64,000 bases of DNA from Planctomycetota bacterium (GTDB lineage: Bacteria; Planctomycetota; UBA1135; UBA2386): the NCBI GenBank assembly GCA_046290465.1, contig JBKAGP010000001.1:5865299-5929298 (forward strand), read 5' to 3'. A model generated the notes under the pieces. That model ran no database searches. It saw only the letters and a list, made by a program, of their open reading frames with translations, and had not been told where the DNA came from. This document shows positions 44,213 to 53,682 of this stretch, in pieces; the stretch's first letter is position 1, and each line of letters begins with the position of its first letter. The translations under genes were made by a program, and so were the position numbers.

Positions 44213-44509
44213 GGTCGTCCGTCCGACAGACGTGGCATGCTGCGCGGCCGTCGCCGCCCGTCGCGGCGTTGCTGCTCGTCGACAGGATGTCTGGAACATG
44301 CCTTCGTCGCAGCGCCTTGCGACCAACGACGCCGACCCGCGGATCATGCCCCGTCTGCCAGCTGCACGACACGGGCAGCGCGTGGCGTGGCGGACGTCGT
44401 CGGGGTGCCGTCGACCAGGGTGAAGTTCGCCATGGAAGCCTTACCCGCACGCGAACGCGTCGCGCCATGCGCGCTATCCTCGTGCGCCACCATCTGGAAG
44501 GACCCATAC

Positions 44510-44992
44510 ATGAAGCCACTGCCCGCGCTCGTTGCTGCCGTCGCCCTGTCGTCGTTCACCGCCGCCCAGACCCAGGACGTCGGCCTGACCATGGACGGCG
44601 GTCTGTTGACCGTCATCTACGGCCAGGACTGCGGTCCGGTCGCCTGCACCCCGTTCACCGCCGGCCCCGTCGGCGTCGGCACCACGCGCAGCGTCACGCA
44701 CTACAGCGCGCCGCAGACGCTCTACGCGGTCGCGCTCGGATTCCCGGGTGCTTGCGTGCAGGTGCCCGGCTTCGACAACTCGCTGCTGCTGCAGAGCCCG
44801 GTCGTGATCGGCTGGGGGCTGACGTCGGCGCCGCCGTTCGTGCCGCTGCCGTGCCAGCAGGGCTTCGCCTCGGCGTCGTTCTCGATCCCGAGCACGGCGC
44901 CGACCGGGGTCGTGTTCCGGATCCAGTCGTTCGGCGAGTCGCTGTCCGGCGGCTTCGCGTTCGGTCCGGCGCTCGAGACGACGACGATCTGA
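44510..44992 (+). CDS. Small secreted protein consisting only of a signal peptide plus the shared C-terminal module
   Basis: In-frame part of ORF 44237..44992. ATG 44510 is preceded by GGAAGGA. MKPLPALVAAVALSSFTAAQ is followed by CGPVACTPF...VPGFDNSLLLQ...GFASASFSIPSTAPTGVVFRIQSFGESLSGGF. Confidence 0.65.
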   Translation: MKPLPALVAAVALSSFTAAQTQDVGLTMDGGLLTVIYGQDCGPVACTPFTAGPVGVGTTRSVTHYSAPQTLYAVALGFPGACVQVPGFDNSLLLQSPVVIGWGLTSAPPFVPLPCQQGFASASFSIPSTAPTGVVFRIQSFGESLSGGFAFGPALETTTI

Positions 44993-45024
44993 GCGGCGAG
45001 TAACGAACGCGTACTTCCTGGGCG

Positions 45025-45043
45025 CCGCCGCGGCTTGCGGCGG
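45025..45043 (+). terminator. Short GC hairpin after the small secreted-protein gene
   Basis: CCGCCGC-GGCTT-GCGGCGG followed by TT. The signal is weak. Confidence 0.25.
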
Positions 45044-45086
45044 TTCGGAGGTTGCGCCGACGTCCAGGTGCGCAACACTGCGCTGC

Positions 45087-48332
<3,246 letters not shown>

Positions 48333-48340
48333 ACTCCGTG

Positions 48341-48530
48341 AACTGACCACTTGGCTGTTGGTGGCCGCGGCGACCGTGGAAGGTTGCTCGCGACTCTGGT
48401 CCGCAATTCGTGAGGAACCGCCGGGCTTGGCCCTCCGGAACCGCCGTAACGCCAGAACATGGCCTTGCCGGCGGCTCTGGGGGCCGTGGCTGCCTTGTTG
48501 CGCGGCGGACCAACAGCCAAGTGATCAGTT
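48341..48530. mobile_element. MITE-like non-autonomous element (about 190 bp) carrying the same terminal inverted repeats as the IS at 50770..51954
   Basis: Left end AACTGACCACTTGGCTGTTGGTGGCCGCG. The right end (reverse complement) is AACTGATCACTTGGCTGTTGGTCCGCCGCG. The element is too short to code for a transposase and starts 9 nt after the stop of the BNR gene. Confidence 0.7.
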
Positions 48531-48584
48531 CGTCGATGAGGGCGTGCATCCGTTTGGTCGGTGGGGGCGAAGGAGCCGGATGCC

Positions 48585-48794
48585 ATGCAGGACATCATGC
48601 TCACCGACCCGGCCGCGACCCTTCGTCGTGCTCGGCTGCTGTTCTGGATCGCCGCGTTCTTGTCGCTCGGATTCGCGCTCGGTCTGTGGGCGATCGGAAA
48701 CGAGGGCGAGGCCCTGTTCGTCGGTGCCTGGCCGCCCGGCATCCTGGCTGTCGGTGCGGTCCTGACGCGCCGTGCGCGGAGGACCGGGTCGTGA
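48585..48794 (+). CDS. Small two-TM membrane protein (hypothetical)
   Basis: In ORF 48561..48794. GAAGGAG lies 9 nt before ATG 48585. MQDIMLTDPAATLRRARLLFWIAAFLSLGFALGLWAIG...GILAVGAVLTRRARR. Confidence 0.45.
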   Translation: MQDIMLTDPAATLRRARLLFWIAAFLSLGFALGLWAIGNEGEALFVGAWPPGILAVGAVLTRRARRTGS

Positions 48795-48928
48795 TTGTCT
48801 GGATCGGACTGTTCGGCTTGATGGTCGCGTGCCTGGTTGCATTCGCGGCGGCGCTGACGGTGATGGCTGGCGCACGTCGGCGAGTTCCTGTGCGGGCAGA
48901 GCGCTCGTGGCCGTTCGACGCACTTTGA
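48791..48928 (+). CDS. Small single-TM protein (hypothetical, 45 aa), translationally coupled to the previous gene
   Basis: GTG 48791 overlaps the previous stop (GTGA). VIVWIGLFGLMVACLVAFAAALTVMAGARRR. Supported only by the coupling and the hydrophobic helix. Confidence 0.35.
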   Translation: MIVWIGLFGLMVACLVAFAAALTVMAGARRRVPVRAERSWPFDAL

Positions 48929-48977
48929 TCGCATCGGAAGGCCCCGGCCCGGTCGTGGATCTCCGGCGACACCGGTC

Positions 48978-49006
48978 TTGACGCGGACTTCATCGGGCTC
49001 GATGCT
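48978..49006 (+). promoter_or_regulatory. Sigma-70-like promoter candidate for selC
   Basis: TTGACG (48978..48983), a 17-nt spacer, then GATGCT (49001..49006). The tRNA 5' end is 14 nt downstream. The -10 element is weak. Confidence 0.3.
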
Positions 49007-49020
49007 GGCCGCCCCCACAC

Positions 49021-49119
49021 GGGAGTGCATCCGAGCTGGTGTTCGGCCTGGTCTTCAAAACCTGTGGGGTCCTTCCTAGAGAGGGGCTCGGTGGGTTCGA
49101 TTCCCATGCATTCCCGCCA
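49021..49119 (+). tRNA. selC: tRNA-Sec (anticodon UCA), CCA encoded
   Basis: Hand-folded structure:
- 8-bp acceptor stem GGGAGTGC/GCATTCCC.
- 6-bp D stem CCGAGC/GTTCGG with the 4-nt loop TGGT.
- Anticodon loop CTTCAAA (U33, UCA, A37) on the stem CTGGT/ACCTG, which has one U-U mismatch.
- 26-nt variable region forming a stem of about 9 bp.
- 5-bp T stem GTGGG/CCCAT with loop TTCGATT.
- Discriminator G followed by CCA.
The 8/5 geometry, the 6-bp D stem and the long variable arm are bacterial tRNA-Sec hallmarks. Confidence 0.8.
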
Positions 49120-49224
49120 TTCCGCCCGCCCGCAGCACTGTGGTGCCGCGGTTGACGGACGCTCGAATGGCAGCCGCCCCGCACTTCGGCGGGTGCGGCG
49201 CGCTGGCCTCCGCGGTAGGTTGCG

Positions 49225-49563
49225 ATGACGATGCGTGCCCTGATCTCGAAGTTGTCGCTCTCGAAGTTGTCGCTCTCGGCGTTGCTGTTGTTCGCCGCTT
49301 GCCAGATCTCGGAACCCGTGGTCGAGCCAGCCGTGCCGGCCGGAGCTGCGGTCGTCGAGACGATGGACGCTGCTGGCTACACCTACCTCAAGCTCGAGTC
49401 GGGCGAATGGTATGCCGTGCGCGAGACCGAACTCGCGGTCGGCGATCGCGTCGAGATCGATGCCGACGCGATGGCGATGAAGAACTTCACCAGCAGCACG
49501 CTGAATCGCACGTTCCCGCTGATCTACTTCGCGTCAGGCCTGCAGAAGGTCGGCGGCGAGTAG
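49225..49563 (+). CDS. Small lipoprotein (hypothetical)
   Basis: ORF 49225..49563. Signal LSALLLFAAC, then VVETMDAAGYTYLKLESGEWYAVRETELAVGDRVEID...MKNFTSSTLNRTFPLIYFASG. I recall this pattern from conserved hypothetical lipoproteins; no family name is claimed. Confidence 0.65.
   Translation: MTMRALISKLSLSKLSLSALLLFAACQISEPVVEPAVPAGAAVVETMDAAGYTYLKLESGEWYAVRETELAVGDRVEIDADAMAMKNFTSSTLNRTFPLIYFASGLQKVGGE
49246..49275 (+). repeat. Perfect 15-bp tandem duplication inside the lipoprotein signal peptide
   Basis: TCGAAGTTGTCGCTC occurs twice, encoding SKLSLSKLSL. Confidence 0.9.
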
Positions 49564-49575
49564 CACGGCGTCACC

Positions 49576-49980
49576 TTGACGACGCAGCTGCGCGTAGCGA
49601 CCCGGGGCCAGGGGCTCACGGAGATCACCCGCGAGGTCGTGGCGGCGGTCGCCGCATCGGGCCTCCAGGAAGGTCTCTGCACTCTGTTCGTGCAGCACAC
49701 TTCGGCGAGTCTGCTGATCCAGGAGAACGCCGACCCGGACGTGCAGCGTGACCTGCAGGCGTTCTTCCGGCGGCTGGTGCCCGAAGGCGATCCGCTGTGG
49801 ACACATACGGCAGAAGGCCCGGATGACATGCCGGCCCACGTGCGCGCCGCGCTGACTTCGACGAGCCTGTCGATCCCGGTGGTCGAGGGCCGTCTGCAGC
49901 TCGGCACGTGGCAGGGGGTCTACCTGTGGGAGCACCGTCGGCATGGATCCGAGCGGCGCGTGCTGGTCCACGTCCGGTGA
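49576..49980 (+). CDS. yjbQ: YjbQ/UPF0047 family protein (secondary thiamine-phosphate synthase-like)
   Basis: ORF 49576..49980 (TTG start). Motifs: GLCTLFVQHTSASLLIQENADPDVQRDL, PDDMPAHVRAALTSTSLSIPVVEGRLQLGTWQGVYLWEHR. Confidence 0.85.
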   Translation: MTTQLRVATRGQGLTEITREVVAAVAASGLQEGLCTLFVQHTSASLLIQENADPDVQRDLQAFFRRLVPEGDPLWTHTAEGPDDMPAHVRAALTSTSLSIPVVEGRLQLGTWQGVYLWEHRRHGSERRVLVHVR

Positions 49981-50000
49981 CGAAGCGGTATCCTGGCCGC

Positions 50001-50768
50001 ATGATCGCGTTTGCCCTCGTCGGTCTCCTCCTCGTGTCGTCGCCCGCGTTCGCGCAGGGCAAAGGCCAGCAGTCGGGTCAGAAGTCCAGCCAGCAGGATG
50101 CGTCGAGCAAGAAGCTCGAAACCTGGCCGGACAAGCTCGCCAAGCAGAAGGTCAAGGCGTTCCAGAAGGCGCTGAAGGCGAAGAAGGTCAGCATGGCCGA
50201 CCGCAAGCGCGCCTTGACCGAGCTGAAGGGCGGTATCAGCACGCACCTGGTCAAACCACTGGCGAAGTTCATCGAGACCGACAGCTCGATCGTGCTGAAG
50301 CGCGAGGCCGTCGAGATGCTCGGCGACCAGACCGGCAAGCGGACCAAGAAGGCGGTGCTCGACCTGCTCGGCAACGCCCGCGTCACCGGGAATCCGCAGG
50401 TGCACGCAGGCTTGATCCGGGCCCTCGGCCGGTCCGACTACACGTCCAAGGACTGGAAGGAGATCGCCGACGTATTCGAGTCCGACTACGACACCGAGCG
50501 CGTGCCGGTGCACGAGGCGATCCTCGAGCTCGTCCGGCGGCACAAGGAGAAGCAGGCGATCCCGTTGTTGCTCAACAACATGGATGAGCCGAGCGCCAAG
50601 AACGTCGACGCCGCCGACAACCCGCCGGCCGAGTACTGGAAGGCCCGGTGGCATTCCTGGGCCGCTTGGAAGACCAAGGTCAAGGAGGCCATGAAGGCGA
50701 TCACGGGCCAGGACTTTGGCAGCGCCAAGGAAGCCAGGGCCTGGCTGAAGAAGAACCCCCTCAAGTAG
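50001..50768 (+). CDS. Secreted Lys-rich HEAT-like repeat protein
   Basis: ORF 49908..50768, ATG 50001. Signal MIAFALVGLLLVSSPAFAQ, helical repeats (REAVEMLGD, HAGLIRALG, HEAILELV) and C-terminal AITGQDFGSAKEARAWLKKN. Confidence 0.7.
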   Translation: MIAFALVGLLLVSSPAFAQGKGQQSGQKSSQQDASSKKLETWPDKLAKQKVKAFQKALKAKKVSMADRKRALTELKGGISTHLVKPLAKFIETDSSIVLKREAVEMLGDQTGKRTKKAVLDLLGNARVTGNPQVHAGLIRALGRSDYTSKDWKEIADVFESDYDTERVPVHEAILELVRRHKEKQAIPLLLNNMDEPSAKNVDAADNPPAEYWKARWHSWAAWKTKVKEAMKAITGQDFGSAKEARAWLKKNPLK

Positions 50769-50834
50769 GACCTGATCACTTGGCTGTTGGTGCCCTCGCG
50801 CGAGTGGCACCAAGAGGCGCACATTGGTCCGCAT

Positions 50835-51446
50835 TCAAACCGATCGCGCCCCGCTCAGGCTCATCGGATGGATGCTGCGCGGACCCCAGTCCTGCTGCCA
50901 GCGCAGCACCTCGACCGACCGCAGCCGGCGCGGCAGCAACCCGAGCACGACCGCGGACGCCAGCATCGGATGGTCGCGGTTGAATCGCTTGCGCACGTAG
51001 TTGCGGTAGACGGCGAACAGGTCGAGCTGCGCCTTGAGCCAGCGCGCGGCCTTGGACACCAGCCACGACTTGCGCCGCAGGCGGCCGCAGTTGTCGCGCG
51101 ACATCGCGATCGTCGCGTTGATCGGGAACAGCGGGTTGCGGATCGTGCGCGCCTCGGTGCCGGCCGTGGTCGTGTGGGTGGCGCGGTCGCCGAACACCTT
51201 CTTGCACGACCTCGCGTAACTCGCCTTCTTGTCGGTGTGTAGCCCGAGCCGTCCGGTGCACCGCCGGTCGAGCTCGCGCAGCACGCCTTCGACGCACTCG
51301 CGGCTGCGGTCGGGCCGGCGGCCGTGCTGCTGTTCGTGGGCGTCTTGCCATGCCCGCCGGGTCGTGCCGCGTCGGGCGAGCCGGCGGATCGGCGCCGTGT
51401 CGGCTGCGACCAGGAACCACGACTTCCGCTCGATCAGGATCGGCAC
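50835..51446 (-). CDS. IS transposase C-terminal part (InsB-like DDE region), in the +1 frame relative to the upstream ORF
   Basis: ORF 50835..51446. The frame stays open upstream past the InsA-like stop. LHTDKKASY marks the second Asp region. PINATIAMSRDNCGRLRRKSWLVSKAARWL aligns by eye with IS1 InsB [29 protein letters not shown]. It may need a frameshift or may be decaying. Confidence 0.6.
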   Translation of the reverse strand: MPILIERKSWFLVAADTAPIRRLARRGTTRRAWQDAHEQQHGRRPDRSRECVEGVLRELDRRCTGRLGLHTDKKASYARSCKKVFGDRATHTTTAGTEARTIRNPLFPINATIAMSRDNCGRLRRKSWLVSKAARWLKAQLDLFAVYRNYVRKRFNRDHPMLASAVVLGLLPRRLRSVEVLRWQQDWGPRSIHPMSLSGARSV

Positions 51447-51474
51447 CGTCAGGGTGCGGATCGACGAGCCTTCG

Positions 51475-51864
51475 TCACGTCTCCTCCTCGTCGAGCACGT
51501 AGTCGCCGCCCGACGGCAGGCGCTGCGAGAGGTTGCGGTGCAGGCCCGCGCAGGTGCGGGCGATCTTGCGCATCTTGCGCTGCACCCCGGAGCACGACAG
51601 CTCGAGCAGGCGCCCCGCCTGGCGCAGGCCGATGCCGCTCGTCAGCAGGTCGAACAGGCGGGCGTTGGTAGCGGGCCTGCGGTCGCGGTAGTCGTGACGG
51701 AACGTCTGGCGTGAGAACGTTCTACGGCAGGCGGGGCAGCGATAGCGCTGCTCTGGCGCGGTGCGGCAGGCGGCGCGGAACGAGCCCCATCGGGCGAATC
51801 GCCGGGGCGGGGTGGTGAAGGCGGAGCAGTCCTGGTGCGGACAACGGGGTGGCTCGAAGGTCAT
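51475..51864 (-). CDS. IS transposase N-terminal part (InsA-like zinc finger plus HTH)
   Basis: ORF 51475..51864. CPHQDC...CPACRRTF zinc-finger pattern, helix-turn-helix-like LLTSGIGLRQAGRLLELSCSGVQRKM, ending in YVLDEEET (first catalytic Asp region). Confidence 0.7.
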   Translation of the reverse strand: MTFEPPRCPHQDCSAFTTPPRRFARWGSFRAACRTAPEQRYRCPACRRTFSRQTFRHDYRDRRPATNARLFDLLTSGIGLRQAGRLLELSCSGVQRKMRKIARTCAGLHRNLSQRLPSGGDYVLDEEET

Positions 51865-51957
51865 GCGGTGTCGTGGCGATGCGCCACGACACTGGGGCCC
51901 GCGTTCGCTGGCGGTGGCAGCGAATCCGCGGGACCAACAGCCAGGTGATCAGTTGCC

Positions 51958-53637
51958 TCAGTGGACGTGGATGTGGCGGCCGCCGTTCTCCTCGGCCAAC
52001 GGCTTCAGGAACGCCGTGTCGTTCTGGTCCCCGAACGTGATGCAGTGGATCGCGATCTTGCGCAGGTTGTTGGCTTCGCGAACGCGCTTCCGGATCTCTT
52101 CCTTGTCGGTGACCGGGCCGGCGGTCGGCGCGCCGTCGGTGATCACGTAGAGGGTGTCGAAGCCGGCGGCGTAGTACTTGTCGTAGAGGCCGCGACCGCC
52201 GAAGCCGAGCGCGGCCTCGAGCGCGTCGTAGAGGTTGGTCGGTCCCTGTGGCCGCAGGCCGTCGAGGAAGTTGCCGAGCAGGTCGTCGCGCGCCTCGTCG
52301 TCGAGTTCGACCAGCGCCGGCCGCTTGCCCTCGGCGCGCCAGATGCGCACGTCCTCGCTGAACACGACGAAGTTGCAGAGGGCGCCGTCGGGCAGCGACA
52401 TGACCAGCTTCTTCAGCTCGGCGACGACGAGCCTGGCCTTGGTCGTCTTGGTGCCGGCGCCGCCGACGGCGGTGGTGCCGGTGGGCTTGATCTCGGCCGG
52501 TTCGGCCATCGAGCCGGAGAAGTCGAGCACGAACAGTACGCGGTCCGACTCGATGGTGAGGTCGAAGAACTTGTCGTAGCGGTTGTCCTGCTGCGGCTCT
52601 TCGCCGGGCTTCGGCTTCGGCCGCACCTGGAAGCTCGCGCCCTCCTGCTTCCAGAACGCCTTCCACGGCGCGATGCCGCCGCGCACGACGCTCTGGCCGG
52701 TGAGCCCTTCGAGCAGCTTGTGCAGCCGGACGTCCATCGCCCACGGGTCCTTCTTGCGCTTCAGTTCGGCGTCCAGGCCCGCGATCAGCGCCGGGATCAC
52801 GTCCTTGCAGCGCAGGTTGGCCAGCGAGAACGCGGCGGCGCTGCGAACCTGCCAGACCTTGTCGCGCTTCAATAGCGCGCCGAGCTTCTTGATCACCTGG
52901 TCGCGCTGCTGTCGCAGCTCGCCGGTCGGGTCCTTGCCCTCGGTCTCGTCGACGTGCGGTCGCATCGCCGAACCGATCGCGTTGCAGGCGGCGATGCGCA
53001 CGTTGGGCTCGCGGTCCTTGAGCAGGTCGATCAGGGTCGGCACCAGATCGAGCTCGGCGTCCTTGGCCATCGCGTTGACGGCGTGCACGCGCAGCTCGTT
53101 CGGCATCGAGCCGCAGGCGCGCATCAGTTCGAGCTTGGCCTCGAGGCTCGGGTGGCCGGCGAGCACCTTGAGCACGACGACCGCGTGGCGCTGGTCGTCG
53201 TTCTCCTCGCTGGCGCGGATGCTCTTGGCGCGCAGCTTCTTCAGCAGCCAGGGCAGGATGCTCGGCTCCCGCATCGAGCGCAGGTGCCGCTGCGCCATCG
53301 CGCGCACGCGCCACGGCTGCACTTCGCGCTGGAACGCGACCGCCTCGGTCGGGTTGCCCGGCATGACCGGCTGCACGGTGGCGACCTCGAACAGCAGCCT
53401 GGCGTCGACGAACGTGTTGCGGCTCGCGACTGCCGCCATCAGGCGATCGGCGTCGTCGACGACCGTGCGGTCGGTCAACCCGTCCTTCTGAAAGCGCACC
53501 GCGCCCGCCTTGTAGTCGACCAGCCAGGCGCGCAGTTCGGCGCCCGGGTCCTGGCTGGCGAGTGCCTGGCTACCGCCGTCCGCGGCGGCGAGCGTCGCGG
53601 CCAACAGGATCGGAACGAGCGGCAGCGTGCGCTTCAT
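51958..53637 (-). CDS. Secreted HEAT-repeat plus VWA domain protein
   Basis: ORF 51958..53637. Signal MKRTLPLVPILLAATLAAA. HEAT-like repeats: EPNVRIAACNAIG, VWQVRSAAAFSLANL. LTGQSVVRGGIAPWKAFW. VWA MIDAS: VLFVLDFSGSM, and YVITDGAPT. Confidence 0.8.
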   Translation of the reverse strand: MKRTLPLVPILLAATLAAADGGSQALASQDPGAELRAWLVDYKAGAVRFQKDGLTDRTVVDDADRLMAAVASRNTFVDARLLFEVATVQPVMPGNPTEAVAFQREVQPWRVRAMAQRHLRSMREPSILPWLLKKLRAKSIRASEENDDQRHAVVVLKVLAGHPSLEAKLELMRACGSMPNELRVHAVNAMAKDAELDLVPTLIDLLKDREPNVRIAACNAIGSAMRPHVDETEGKDPTGELRQQRDQVIKKLGALLKRDKVWQVRSAAAFSLANLRCKDVIPALIAGLDAELKRKKDPWAMDVRLHKLLEGLTGQSVVRGGIAPWKAFWKQEGASFQVRPKPKPGEEPQQDNRYDKFFDLTIESDRVLFVLDFSGSMAEPAEIKPTGTTAVGGAGTKTTKARLVVAELKKLVMSLPDGALCNFVVFSEDVRIWRAEGKRPALVELDDEARDDLLGNFLDGLRPQGPTNLYDALEAALGFGGRGLYDKYYAAGFDTLYVITDGAPTAGPVTDKEEIRKRVREANNLRKIAIHCITFGDQNDTAFLKPLAEENGGRHIHVH

Positions 53638-53682
53638 GGGCGAAACGCTACCGGGTCCCGCCGGCGGCGGGAATGGGCTCCG

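Larger units (their letters stand above)
50770..51954 (-). mobile_element. IS1-family-like insertion sequence (about 1.18 kb) with imperfect terminal inverted repeats of about 25-28 bp
   Basis: Left end CTGATCACTTGGCTGTTGGTGCC. The right end (reverse complement) is AACTGATCACCTGGCTGTTGGTCCCGCG. It contains a zinc-finger/HTH ORF and a DDE-like ORF on the minus strand. It fills almost the whole gap between two convergent stop codons (50768 and 51958). No target-site duplication is evident. Confidence 0.75.

Noticed and set aside
44213-44509. Largest non-coding gap. It holds the in-frame upstream extension of the small secreted-protein ORF (44237 start) and the minus-strand ORF 44344..44616, including a 29-aa peptide MANFTLVDG...
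   Set aside because: The extension is Arg/Cys/Pro-rich with no signal peptide logic, whereas ATG 44510 has a GGAAGGA ribosome-binding site and gives a clean signal peptide. The minus ORF overlaps the real gene and lacks any motif. I found no convincing RNA structure by eye.
49021-49119. Alternative reading of the tRNA as tRNA-Leu(CAA) or tRNA-Ser (a type-II tRNA with a long variable arm).
   Set aside because: A CAA register leaves no pairable anticodon stem. The 8-bp acceptor, 5-bp T stem, 6-bp D stem with a 4-nt loop and the U33-UCA-A37 loop fit tRNA-Sec only.
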